IMG/VR virus record: IMGVR_UViG_3300025127_000052
Span: 1 to 52,999 of that record
Length of the DNA stretch: 52,999 nt
Reading direction: 5' to 3' (one strand)
Source: a virus
Taxonomy: Duplodnaviria > Caudoviricetes
Numbering within the stretch: the first letter of the stretch is position 1; each line of letters begins with the position of its first letter. Position numbers and translations under genes: made by a program. The notes under the pieces were generated by a model, which saw only the letters and a program-made list of their open reading frames with translations, was not told the origin of the DNA and did no database searches. Shown piece by piece: positions 33,764-42,655 of the stretch.

Positions 33764-34756
33764 GTTGTTAATTGCTGCGAGAGTTGCCCAACGACTATAT
33801 GTTGGACTAGGTTCAGTAGTGCGTTCCTCTTTACGATTCCCACTAAGAATGACTGATGATCTTTTTGATACGACTTCAGACAACGATTGTGGAGCTTCTT
33901 TTGTGATGCCCGCCATTGTCTTTTGAAGGGTTTCATAAACCATCTTCGCTTCTTCTACCGAACGTGCTCCAGAAACTAACTCAGCAATTTTAGCTTTTTG
34001 CTGCTCATTCAAGGAGGAATCTCCAAGAACACGGTTCGCATATAATAACCTTGCGTTTTGCAAGTTTACTTCTTGTAATTTATTTTTCACTCGCTCAAGG
34101 AGAGCCTTGAGACTTTCATTTTCTTTTCTAAGTGCCTCTTCTTGAGGTGCGTTATTCTTAAGGTCAGCACGCTCAAGATCTTTAGCGTCCTCTTCATCCA
34201 TGCCGTCAGTCTCTACAGCCTCAACTGCTTCGTCTTGTTCGACCTGATCCTGTGTAAGGCGCTCCTCAGCACGATCTAATTCTACCTGAGGTACATCTAC
34301 GACGAGTAATTCTTTAAACATTTCGACAAGTTCACTCTCGTCGAGATTAATTTCGTCATCAGCATCGGAACGATTAAAAGCACCGTCTTCGAGGGGTAGT
34401 CCAATCTCATCAGCAATTTCTTCACGATCAAGTTCAGCGGTTGGTTCTTCTTCTTCGTCCGCATCAGCAGCAGCAAGAATATCGTCAAGGTCAACGACAA
34501 CGATCTCTTCTTCGTTATCACCCAAATGTGCCATTGGTACTTGCTCCATGGCAGTGCTGTCTACTTCCGCTTCTTCGGCAGCACCAGGACCAGCATCCAT
34601 GCCAAGATCCAACTCGTCGTCTTGTTCAAGAAGCTTGCTTACAGCATTCTTAACTTCAGTATTGTACTTTTCTACGATGGCGGCTTCGGCACTCTTTACA
34701 GCGGCCTCTCGAAGAGCCTTTGCGTCAACAATTGCTTGTTCTAACATATTAGACAT
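33752..34756 (-). CDS. prohead core scaffold protein (T4 gp22-like)
   Basis: Highly acidic with coiled coil; EVNLQNARLLYAN; immediately upstream of the capsid gene. Confidence 0.8.
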   Translation of the reverse strand: MSNMLEQAIVDAKALREAAVKSAEAAIVEKYNTEVKNAVSKLLEQDDELDLGMDAGPGAAEEAEVDSTAMEQVPMAHLGDNEEEIVVVDLDDILAAADADEEEEPTAELDREEIADEIGLPLEDGAFNRSDADDEINLDESELVEMFKELLVVDVPQVELDRAEERLTQDQVEQDEAVEAVETDGMDEEDAKDLERADLKNNAPQEEALRKENESLKALLERVKNKLQEVNLQNARLLYANRVLGDSSLNEQQKAKIAELVSGARSVEEAKMVYETLQKTMAGITKEAPQSLSEVVSKRSSVILSGNRKEERTTEPSPTYSRWATLAAINNKDK

Positions 34757-34791
34757 AAATAATCCCCTTTAGTTGATGATATTACATCAAA

Positions 34792-34800
34792 ATAAATAGT
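34792..34800 (-). promoter_or_regulatory. candidate late-promoter motif ACTATTTAT
   Basis: Intergenic, upstream of the scaffold-capsid operon. Confidence 0.6.
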
Positions 34801-34861
34801 AGATTAAAAATGTAAACGACTAGATTTGTTTAATCCTGGACAAGATTAGACCCCAGATGGA

Positions 34862-37315
34862 TTAGAATAGTCGCCCAGTGTTGTTAATATTAAAATTAAA
34901 GTTTCCAACTGGAAGCCACTTGGTCCCTCCCCACACTAAAGTACACCCTGCTCGGCTGAAGAGTGGTCCCGAACCTGGGATTGATGCTGAAAGACTAATC
35001 GACCCAACAGGCGAGGTTGGGGGCGCATCAATATTAGCGCCGGCGATATTAATTGCTGTAGAAGTAGCGCCGCCTGTTGATCCTGATATAATCATGCCTC
35101 TAATTTTCTTTTCTTGCCCTACAAATGTTCCATCAGCAATAGTCATGCTGAGACTATTATTTACAGCAAGTGAAGATGACGCATCTATGATTGTCAATCC
35201 TGTAGCGGCTGATATCGCACCATTGGCAGTAAGAGTCTCTATGGAACGGTTACCAAAGGCACCAGAAAGCGCAACGCTACCACTGATTGATAACGTCTCT
35301 TGAGGTGCGGCTGTCCCAATACCTACTCGTCCTGAGCCTGTGACAAACAAAGTGGGCTGTGAGTTAGGCTGATCAGCGTGGTCAACTCTAAGCAGGACTG
35401 GTCCGCCGACATCACTGCCGCCAGTGGAAGACGATATGTGAAGAACCGCCTTGGCGGTGTCCATGTGTGCTGAGTTGTTCGTTCCCATGTTAACCGAGTC
35501 GCCCGAAGCCCGAACAGTCATCGCTTGGTGTCCGTAGGTGTTATTATCAAAATGGAATCTATTATCATTGTGATGGTAATAGAAGTGAGCACGTCTTGCG
35601 TCATCGGCGTCACCCCAAACTAGAAACCCAGACTTGTCGGTGGGAGTCATAAACTGGACACCAACATGATTGTTGTTTTCTAACATTAGCAAAGTATTAT
35701 TAACAGGATTTTGCCCTTGGTCTGCGCCACTCTCGCCCAGAATGTGAAGTCTATTAGTTTCGTCACTGTCTTCTCGTGGAGAATCAGTACCAATACCAAC
35801 TAAGCCGCTGCCTGTAATATACAAAATGGGCTTTGATCCGGCCTGATCGTGCTGATCAACTCGGAATAGAGGGGTTGTTGTTGGTACACCACCTGAGACA
35901 TGTAACATGGCAGTTGGCGCATCTGTGCCAACACCAACTCGCTGGTTCTCTAGTGCCGTCAGGATACTGCCGCTATTACTTGTTACATTCATAACAGTTG
36001 AATTATCAGATGAGGAGACGTGTAATTGGGCAGTAGTAGAGGTTGCGTTACCGATAATACATTTTTGATTATCTGACCCGCCAGTATTTCTACTATCAGC
36101 TATGAACACTGTGGACGTTTGCTTTCCGCCACGAATATAAGTGTGCTCGGCGCTACTGAAATAGAAATGACTAGTGCCGTTGCTTCCCCTAAATTTGACT
36201 TCATTGAAACCAGCACCATTATCAGGGTGAACATCCAAAACAGCGCTAGGAGTTGCTGTCCCGATACCAATTCGTCCTGAACCGGTGACTACTAATATAG
36301 GATTATCAGCATGATCTGGGTGATCAACTCTAAAAAGATCTCCCGTGTCAGAAGATGACACGTGGAGATTGGCTAAGACAGAATCTGTCCCAATACCGAC
36401 TCGTCCTGAGCCTGTTACAAACAAAGTTGGCTTATCACCGGGTTGATCACCGTGGTCAACTCTAAGCAAGACTGGTCCGCCGACATCAGTGCCGCCAGTG
36501 GAAGACGATATGTGAAGGGATGCCTTGTTGGTTGTCATATGACCACTAGATGAGCTTCCTATGTTTATACTATCTCCGTTTGAGAGCATGGTCATTATCC
36601 GTTTGCCGCCAAAACTGTCGCCATTGAACTCGTACCTACTATTAGCAGAAGACCAATAAAAAACGGCTTTTCTAGCGTTGCCTGGGATTCCCCAAGTAAT
36701 CTGACCTGATCGTCCGTTTGGGACCATAAACTGGAGGCCAGCGTGATTGTCGTTTTCAAGCACTAACTGAGTATTTACTACAGGGGCTTGGTTCTGTTCG
36801 GCACCATTGTTGCCCACAATATGAAGACGGTTTGTATCGTCACCTTCTCCTGGATTGGTAGGCGATGGGTTATCAGTACCTATACCGATTATGCCGCTGC
36901 TGGATACAAAGAGGATTGGTTCTGGTCCGGACTGATTGGCATGGTCTATTCGGAAAAGAGCACCGTTTGCTGAAGAAGATATCTCAAGGGCGGCAGTCTT
37001 CATAGAAACAGAAGCTGTCACCTGTGGAGACGTTAATGATGTCCCGTCAAAAGTAAGACTAGCCTCGCCATTAATAGTGTTAGAGTTGACAGAGGTTAAT
37101 ACTCTGTCGTTGCCAGCGTTGGTATAACTGGAGACTGCTCCGCCTCCTCCTCCACCGCCGCCAGTAATTGAGGCACCATTAAGAGTCAGGGAACCAGTAA
37201 TATCAACAGAGCCAGTAAACTCGTGCGTATCTGTTAATAGTGTTCCTGTTTCTGTACTGCCAGGAACATTGTTTGGTGAGGGTGTGAAGCCTCCTCCGCC
37301 GCTACCGAATCCCAT
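34862..37315 (-). CDS. repeat-rich fibre-like virion protein
   Basis: Repeated LHxSSS...RVDH...TGSG(R/L)(V/I)GIGT units, an internal duplication and a Gly-rich N-terminus. Confidence 0.7.
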   Translation of the reverse strand: MGFGSGGGGFTPSPNNVPGSTETGTLLTDTHEFTGSVDITGSLTLNGASITGGGGGGGGAVSSYTNAGNDRVLTSVNSNTINGEASLTFDGTSLTSPQVTASVSMKTAALEISSSANGALFRIDHANQSGPEPILFVSSSGIIGIGTDNPSPTNPGEGDDTNRLHIVGNNGAEQNQAPVVNTQLVLENDNHAGLQFMVPNGRSGQITWGIPGNARKAVFYWSSANSRYEFNGDSFGGKRIMTMLSNGDSINIGSSSSGHMTTNKASLHISSSTGGTDVGGPVLLRVDHGDQPGDKPTLFVTGSGRVGIGTDSVLANLHVSSSDTGDLFRVDHPDHADNPILVVTGSGRIGIGTATPSAVLDVHPDNGAGFNEVKFRGSNGTSHFYFSSAEHTYIRGGKQTSTVFIADSRNTGGSDNQKCIIGNATSTTAQLHVSSSDNSTVMNVTSNSGSILTALENQRVGVGTDAPTAMLHVSGGVPTTTPLFRVDQHDQAGSKPILYITGSGLVGIGTDSPREDSDETNRLHILGESGADQGQNPVNNTLLMLENNNHVGVQFMTPTDKSGFLVWGDADDARRAHFYYHHNDNRFHFDNNTYGHQAMTVRASGDSVNMGTNNSAHMDTAKAVLHISSSTGGSDVGGPVLLRVDHADQPNSQPTLFVTGSGRVGIGTAAPQETLSISGSVALSGAFGNRSIETLTANGAISAATGLTIIDASSSLAVNNSLSMTIADGTFVGQEKKIRGMIISGSTGGATSTAINIAGANIDAPPTSPVGSISLSASIPGSGPLFSRAGCTLVWGGTKWLPVGNFNFNINNTGRLF

Positions 37316-37330
37316 TCTTATATCCTCCGA

Positions 37331-37747
37331 TTATTCGTCGATGCCAGAACCAGTTAGTGGAACCATTTGATTAGGTCCAATTCCTGTTAGCTCTGCAAAC
37401 ATTTCAAATGTAGCATCACTACCAGGAGCAGAGATATAAACTTTCTTACACTTAATGTTCATTGTCAAAGAGGCGTTCTGATCCCCAAGAGTGATATAGT
37501 GTATTCCTGCGATTGTTCTGCCGGAGTCCTTGGATTGGAAATGTACACGAATATCGTCGTTAGCAGCGTCCTTATTAATAATTGTAATAGACCGTGTAAC
37601 TGCTGGGAAGCCGATCTCGACCTCTTGTCCACCTGTAATTGTACTGCCTGTCATAAAAGGAATACCGGCAACTTGGTACGAACCAACACTGCCTAGTCCG
37701 GCAAATTGTCTTGTATAATATTGTGTTTGGTCAGGTGATATAGCCAT
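37331..37747 (-). CDS. putative virion (head decoration-like) protein
   Basis: GLGSVGSYQVAGIPFMTGS; beta-rich; ends LTGSGIDE; located in the head module. Confidence 0.5.
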   Translation of the reverse strand: MAISPDQTQYYTRQFAGLGSVGSYQVAGIPFMTGSTITGGQEVEIGFPAVTRSITIINKDAANDDIRVHFQSKDSGRTIAGIHYITLGDQNASLTMNIKCKKVYISAPGSDATFEMFAELTGIGPNQMVPLTGSGIDE

Positions 37748-37750
37748 GTG

Positions 37751-38023
37751 TTATGATCTCCTCTTTTTGTATCTGTCCCTAGGCTTAAGTAGTTCTGTTC
37801 TACGTCTATTGACTTTATTGATCAATCTTTGTCTTTCTTCTTTTTGTTCCCTGCGTTTCTCGCTGTCGGGCTTAAAGTAACGCCTGTTACGCACTTCTTC
37901 AATAATGCCTTCCGTCTTTACCATTTTACGGAAGCGTCGAATCATACGTTCAACATCTCCATTGTTGTCTTCAGAGTGAACAACAACACAAGGCTCGATA
38001 AGCTTATTCTTTCTTTTTCTCAT
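37751..38023 (-). CDS. rpsU: phage-encoded ribosomal protein bS21
   Basis: VERMIRRFRKMVKTEGIIEEVRNRRYFKPDSEKRR matches the bS21 core. Confidence 0.85.
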   Translation of the reverse strand: MRKRKNKLIEPCVVVHSEDNNGDVERMIRRFRKMVKTEGIIEEVRNRRYFKPDSEKRREQKEERQRLINKVNRRRTELLKPRDRYKKRRS

Positions 38024-38029
38024 TGAATC

Positions 38030-38428
38030 CTACTTTCTAGTCGCAGAAGCGACGGTTGACCAGCTTCCAAAGCCGGGAATATTAGATATGTCTACACCTG
38101 GGTCATGGGGAGAAACTCCAGAAAGAGCGCCTTTGCTGTTACTTTCTTGAATGGGTTTGGTGCCCTCAAACAATTCTGGGTTGGCAAAGTTCTTTTTTAA
38201 TCCTTCGTAAGAATTAGAACCCATGGCGTCTAGAACCTTCTTTTTAGTTTCAGCGAGGTGTGCTGACTTAGAAGGCTGCTGTGTTGTAACCACCTGACGA
38301 GTTTCTTGTATCACGGGCGCACCTAATCCCTGGACAACCTCCGATACGATGCCAGACAGCATACCCTCTTCGAGGATAACCTCCCTCACGCACTCTTTGA
38401 TGATTTTTTTAAGATCTGATTTTTTCAT
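38030..38428 (-). CDS. hypothetical head-module protein
   Basis: MKKSDLKKIIKECVREVILEEG; LFEGT.P and DPGVDIS. Confidence 0.65.
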   Translation of the reverse strand: MKKSDLKKIIKECVREVILEEGMLSGIVSEVVQGLGAPVIQETRQVVTTQQPSKSAHLAETKKKVLDAMGSNSYEGLKKNFANPELFEGTKPIQESNSKGALSGVSPHDPGVDISNIPGFGSWSTVASATRK

Positions 38429-38444
38429 TATAACCTCTTTGTTC

Positions 38445-39041
38445 CTATTCGTCGCCTAAAATATCGTTTAGGGCACGATTAATACGATCTGCTTTAGTTA
38501 GGTGGGTCTTTACTTGGCTTTCGGCTACAAGGAAAGCTCCTGTAGTGCTGGGTTCTGATACGAGGTCAAAACACAAAAGCTGAAAGTCATCCTCCACCAT
38601 AGTGACACCACCTTGTTGGCGGGTGGAGCCAAGACCACGGCTTGAGATACCCAATTGAACGCCACCCTCTACAAGTTGGCGAGCAATCTGTCCGGCTGGC
38701 GTGTTGAGAATCTTCATCTTACCCATAACGTCGTCACCCTTCCACCATACTTCAGTGATAACATGACTAGCATTCTTAAGTTCCACTACAGAACTATCTG
38801 GGTGGTCTAGTTCGCCGATGGCACGACCTTCCCGAACGAGTTTTTCGTAGTTCTTCATCTCTCGCTCAAGTATTGGACGTGGGTAGATACGTCCATTGCC
38901 GTTCTTTTTACCGGCTGCTTGAATCTTGCCAGCAACAATTAGATGTGTACCGTTACGATTACCTTCCTTCTCCTCTTCTGTGAGAAGATCGTCACTGTAA
39001 TCTAGATTCATAAACTCTTGTAAGACATATTTCTTATTCAT
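38445..39041 (-). CDS. prohead protease (T4 gp21-like)
   Basis: NGNGRIYP, GELDHP, SH, TPAG, LGISSRGLGS and DLVSEPS. Confidence 0.93.
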   Translation of the reverse strand: MNKKYVLQEFMNLDYSDDLLTEEEKEGNRNGTHLIVAGKIQAAGKKNGNGRIYPRPILEREMKNYEKLVREGRAIGELDHPDSSVVELKNASHVITEVWWKGDDVMGKMKILNTPAGQIARQLVEGGVQLGISSRGLGSTRQQGGVTMVEDDFQLLCFDLVSEPSTTGAFLVAESQVKTHLTKADRINRALNDILGDE

Positions 39042-39135
39042 TTTTATCTCCTTTGAGTGCGGGCGCTACCCGCACGGTACTACTACCACGACAGCATCTG
39101 GCTACGGGTCTTAGTCTCCACTTTTGCGTCCACAT
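39034..39135 (-). CDS. candidate 33-aa micro-ORF MWTQKWRLRPVARCCRGSSTVRVAPALKGDKNE
   Basis: Preceded by GAGGGG; its stop overlaps the protease start; an alternative ATG lies at 39156. Confidence 0.35.
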   Translation of the reverse strand: MWTQKWRLRPVARCCRGSSTVRVAPALKGDKNE

Positions 39136-39427
39136 CCCCTCTAATTCGGTGTTCATGTTGAAAGCCTCCATCTGATATGAGCATACATAACGCATATGAT
39201 GTAGCTGATGAAAGCGATCCTAATAATAAAGCGTTCACCAAACTGACACTAAAAGTAAATAGTTCGGTGTAGGGATTAAGTATCATTAAGAAAACACCAA
39301 CCCAGAAGCCAATACACATCGGACAGCTAAAAAAGTAATGTTTAGGTCTGATGGGGTTAAATATTTTAGCAAACGCCAAGATCTGTGTGAGACCATAACA
39401 ACACAGAATAAAATATACAAACGACAT
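39083..39427 (-). CDS. DUF1360-like membrane protein
   Basis: Hydrophobic segments and CPMCIGFWVG. Confidence 0.65.
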   Translation of the reverse strand: MSFVYFILCCYGLTQILAFAKIFNPIRPKHYFFSCPMCIGFWVGVFLMILNPYTELFTFSVSLVNALLLGSLSSATSYALCMLISDGGFQHEHRIRGDVDAKVETKTRSQMLSW

Positions 39428-39972
39428 TAGTAGTAGTAGCCGTATCCCGCAAACGTATAGGTTGGATCACCCTGTAAGGCGGAACCTTCGGGCGTATCTT
39501 GATAGGGAGGTATTTCCCCATATCTTGTAGAATCCTTTGCGTTTGGATCCGTAAATCTATCTTCTATGTGCTGATCATAGTCTTCAGCAAATTGTTCGCT
39601 ATTAGCTGTATTTCTTAAGAATTCACTAATGCGATACAATACAGCCTGTAGTGTATCAACATCACCCTCTGTTGGGTAAGTTGTTTCTACCATGCCGAAG
39701 ACAGGACCACCCCTAGGAGCAGCAGCCGCAGTCACACCGCCCTGAAAAAGATCGTTCATCAATTCCTTTTGGTAGTCATAAACATCTTTCTCGATTTGAG
39801 GCTTTGGCATAGTTACAATCTTGCCTTCTTGTGGGCTAATAACAATATCAAGATACTGATGGTCTGTGATAATCAAATTACCATCTAGAGTTTTCTTGAC
39901 CTGTAATGAGACAGAAGCCTGTATTGGTTTTTTCTCAGGCGCACTGTCACCTATCTTAATCGTTATTGGCAT
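39427..39972 (-). CDS. hypothetical protein
   Basis: 181 aa, coupled to its neighbours in the head module. Confidence 0.65.
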   Translation of the reverse strand: MPITIKIGDSAPEKKPIQASVSLQVKKTLDGNLIITDHQYLDIVISPQEGKIVTMPKPQIEKDVYDYQKELMNDLFQGGVTAAAAPRGGPVFGMVETTYPTEGDVDTLQAVLYRISEFLRNTANSEQFAEDYDQHIEDRFTDPNAKDSTRYGEIPPYQDTPEGSALQGDPTYTFAGYGYYY

Positions 39973-40786
39973 CTTCTTGATATTCTCTTACAAGTTTTTG
40001 AAGCTTCAAGATTTTTAGAATCTCTCGCTCCGTTAAACGGGCAACATTATATTCGGACAGTTGGGCAAGAACTTTTTTAGTACTATCCACCATTTCGGGA
40101 TCTTCTTGAACTTCCTGCAACTGGAGTGAGTTCTCTACCATCTCATATATTCTCTTTAACTCCGAGCCGGCGTAAGTCTTAAAGTCAGCTTCATTTTCGT
40201 TGAACGAAACAATAAACTTAGTTAGTAATTTTTTCTGTTCAGGGAGCAATTCTGAATATGTCTCATTGAATCGATCTGTGAATGATTTAACCACCAAATT
40301 ATCAACTGGCTGCATCTGTTCTTGTTCTTCAACGTCACTGGTTAAGGTGTCAACAATCTTCTGTTCCATGATAACTCTTGACTTAACAGGTAGCTTGTTG
40401 CCAAATATCTGTGCCAAAGTAGCATAAGATTTGTAATCTGGGACGAAGTTGTTATAGACATCCTTGCCTAGCTCAGTGTTGATCTTTTTAATAACACTGG
40501 ACTGTTCTTTGAATATATCCTGCTGGTTGAGGGTCTCGTACTCTTTCTTGGCCCTAAAGATCATCTTTTCGGCGGTGTAACGGTCAAACTTGTCTTCTTC
40601 AGCGAGAGCGTTAAAGCAGCCCAATTCACTAAAGAGTACCATACCACTCCGAAAATGTTCTTTCAAAATCTTTTTGATTTTCTGAGAACGGGTCGCATTC
40701 TGCTCTATAACCGCTTTAGTCAATTCTTTTACCAAAGCTTCATAGAGGAAAGCGGTGTTTCTTTTCTTATTATGCTTGACCTTCAT
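39956..40786 (-). CDS. hypothetical head-module protein following portal
   Basis: MKVKHNKKRNTAFLYEALVKE; helical. Confidence 0.7.
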   Translation of the reverse strand: MKVKHNKKRNTAFLYEALVKELTKAVIEQNATRSQKIKKILKEHFRSGMVLFSELGCFNALAEEDKFDRYTAEKMIFRAKKEYETLNQQDIFKEQSSVIKKINTELGKDVYNNFVPDYKSYATLAQIFGNKLPVKSRVIMEQKIVDTLTSDVEEQEQMQPVDNLVVKSFTDRFNETYSELLPEQKKLLTKFIVSFNENEADFKTYAGSELKRIYEMVENSLQLQEVQEDPEMVDSTKKVLAQLSEYNVARLTEREILKILKLQKLVREYQEDANND

Positions 40787-42653
40787 CTTTTGTTTCCAAT
40801 TGTTTTATTAGTTGCTTGATACTAAACTGAGTTTCAAATAACATCTCTTCTTCTGATTTTTGTGCTTCGCTATGAATTCCGTTAGAAAGGGAACTCATCT
40901 CTCCATACCCTTTAAATAGTGCACGACGAGACGAACCTGCCCCTTCTCTATTATAAGAACCGTTCATGCTGCGGCGGCGGGCACCTTGTTTCCACTTAGG
41001 ACTTTTAACGTACATGTATCCGTTATCATTTCTTTGCCCTGGTTCAATATCGGGTTCAGCAAGAAGTGGTCCTTCATCGGCGGGTTCCTCGGCAGCGGGT
41101 TCATCGCCCCCTCCAAGGTCGTCGCCACCGAGGTCATCACCAAGCTCGCCGCCGAGATCGCCACCTTCCCCGCCTTCAGGTACAGTCCCGGCCTCTTCAA
41201 TAGCAGCACCCTGAAGGGCGTCTGTAAATTGCTCGACCTGAATTCTGTCGATTTCTTCTTCGGAGATTTTGAAGATGTTTCGGTATACCCACTGCTTAGA
41301 AAAATATCCATCAGTAGCGCTACCAGCGACATCAAACTTGGTTCGCATGTGTTCTAGCTCTTGAAGCTCGGCGATCTTAGATGGATTATTGAGAGACAGC
41401 TTAAATGACAAAAGATCATTGTTTCTGTACCCCAAGGTAAAGAGATGAATAATACAAATCTTTTCTAGTTCGGCAATGACAACTCTCTGTAGTCTTTGAA
41501 TGGTGCGAGCAAATCGAATGTCCTTTTGAGATAATGTTGTCTTGTCTTCCTGAGCATCTGATTGTGCTAGGTAAGCCTTTGGTACCTTAAGGGCTGAGAA
41601 AAGTTTATCACGAAGATAGTTCACATCATCAATATCACCAGTGAACTGACCACCTGCCAGGGTTTCGATTCTTGTGTTACTAGCAGCACCACGAATAGGA
41701 ATGTAAAAATCCTCATCTACACTCATGGCATTGTATCGCAAATCAACTCGTCCACTATCTTCATCTACAATTTGATTGCGCTTCATTTGTGTTTTGACTT
41801 GTTCGATGTATTGTTCCACATCTTCTGCAGCCATGTTACCAACATCAATATAGAATACTCGCCGCTCTGGTGAGCGAACAATACGATAAGCCATCATCGC
41901 ATCTTCTAAGAGTGTAAGCTGTCGCCAAATACGGCGAGAGGGCTCTAGGACCGAAGTGCCATAGGGAACATATTTATCATTTCCTAAAACACGGAAGTGA
42001 GAGACCTGCCAGTTTTCAAAGGTAACACCTTTGTTGCCGTCGGCATTCTGCCAAAAAAACTGAACATAGTTTGGGTTTGTAGGATCTGTACCCTCAATTC
42101 TTTCCATTTCTCGCACAGGCAACGGTATGACATTAGTAATGCCAAGCTTCTCATCAATATCAAGATACAGATAGTAGTCACCATACTTACAAGCACTACG
42201 AGCCCAGCCAAATAGGTTTGCCTCAGAGTTAAGAACATTGTACAGTAATGTATCTAGAATATCTTTAATTTCCCTGTTGTGACAATCAATATTAATCAAA
42301 GGATTAAATGCCGTAGAGGTGGTAATCTCATCAGCATAAATATCTAGAGCGGAAGCAATCTCAGGCATGTATTCCATTTGTTCAAAGTCTGTGTATCGCA
42401 TCTGCTTGTTGCGATTATACAAAACTTTATTTGTTAGGTCCCCAAATGGATTGAAATACTCTTTCTTTTTAAACTCCCGACCAGTGCTTGAGGTAAAGGT
42501 ATATTTTGTGATATCACGGCGGCTGCCACGTACCACAGATGGTCGATCATAGTCCACAATAGGGCCACTAAATAAACGAGTCAGTCTCTTAAACAGAGCG
42601 GACTGATTATTTCTGGGGTTGTTTGCGTTGTTGTTATTTTGATTGTCAGCCAT
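40770..42653 (-). CDS. portal protein (T4 gp20-like)
   Basis: PEIASALDIYADE, LEDAMMAYRIVRSPERRVFYIDVGN, EDFYIP and ALKVPKAYL. Confidence 0.95.
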   Translation of the reverse strand: MADNQNNNNANNPRNNQSALFKRLTRLFSGPIVDYDRPSVVRGSRRDITKYTFTSSTGREFKKKEYFNPFGDLTNKVLYNRNKQMRYTDFEQMEYMPEIASALDIYADEITTSTAFNPLINIDCHNREIKDILDTLLYNVLNSEANLFGWARSACKYGDYYLYLDIDEKLGITNVIPLPVREMERIEGTDPTNPNYVQFFWQNADGNKGVTFENWQVSHFRVLGNDKYVPYGTSVLEPSRRIWRQLTLLEDAMMAYRIVRSPERRVFYIDVGNMAAEDVEQYIEQVKTQMKRNQIVDEDSGRVDLRYNAMSVDEDFYIPIRGAASNTRIETLAGGQFTGDIDDVNYLRDKLFSALKVPKAYLAQSDAQEDKTTLSQKDIRFARTIQRLQRVVIAELEKICIIHLFTLGYRNNDLLSFKLSLNNPSKIAELQELEHMRTKFDVAGSATDGYFSKQWVYRNIFKISEEEIDRIQVEQFTDALQGAAIEEAGTVPEGGEGGDLGGELGDDLGGDDLGGGDEPAAEEPADEGPLLAEPDIEPGQRNDNGYMYVKSPKWKQGARRRSMNGSYNREGAGSSRRALFKGYGEMSSLSNGIHSEAQKSEEEMLFETQFSIKQLIKQLETKDEGQA

Positions 42654-42655
42654 GA

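Noticed and set aside
39057-39075. Hairpin as a SECIS element
   Set aside because: No suitably placed in-frame UGA; the Cys codons are TGC and TGT
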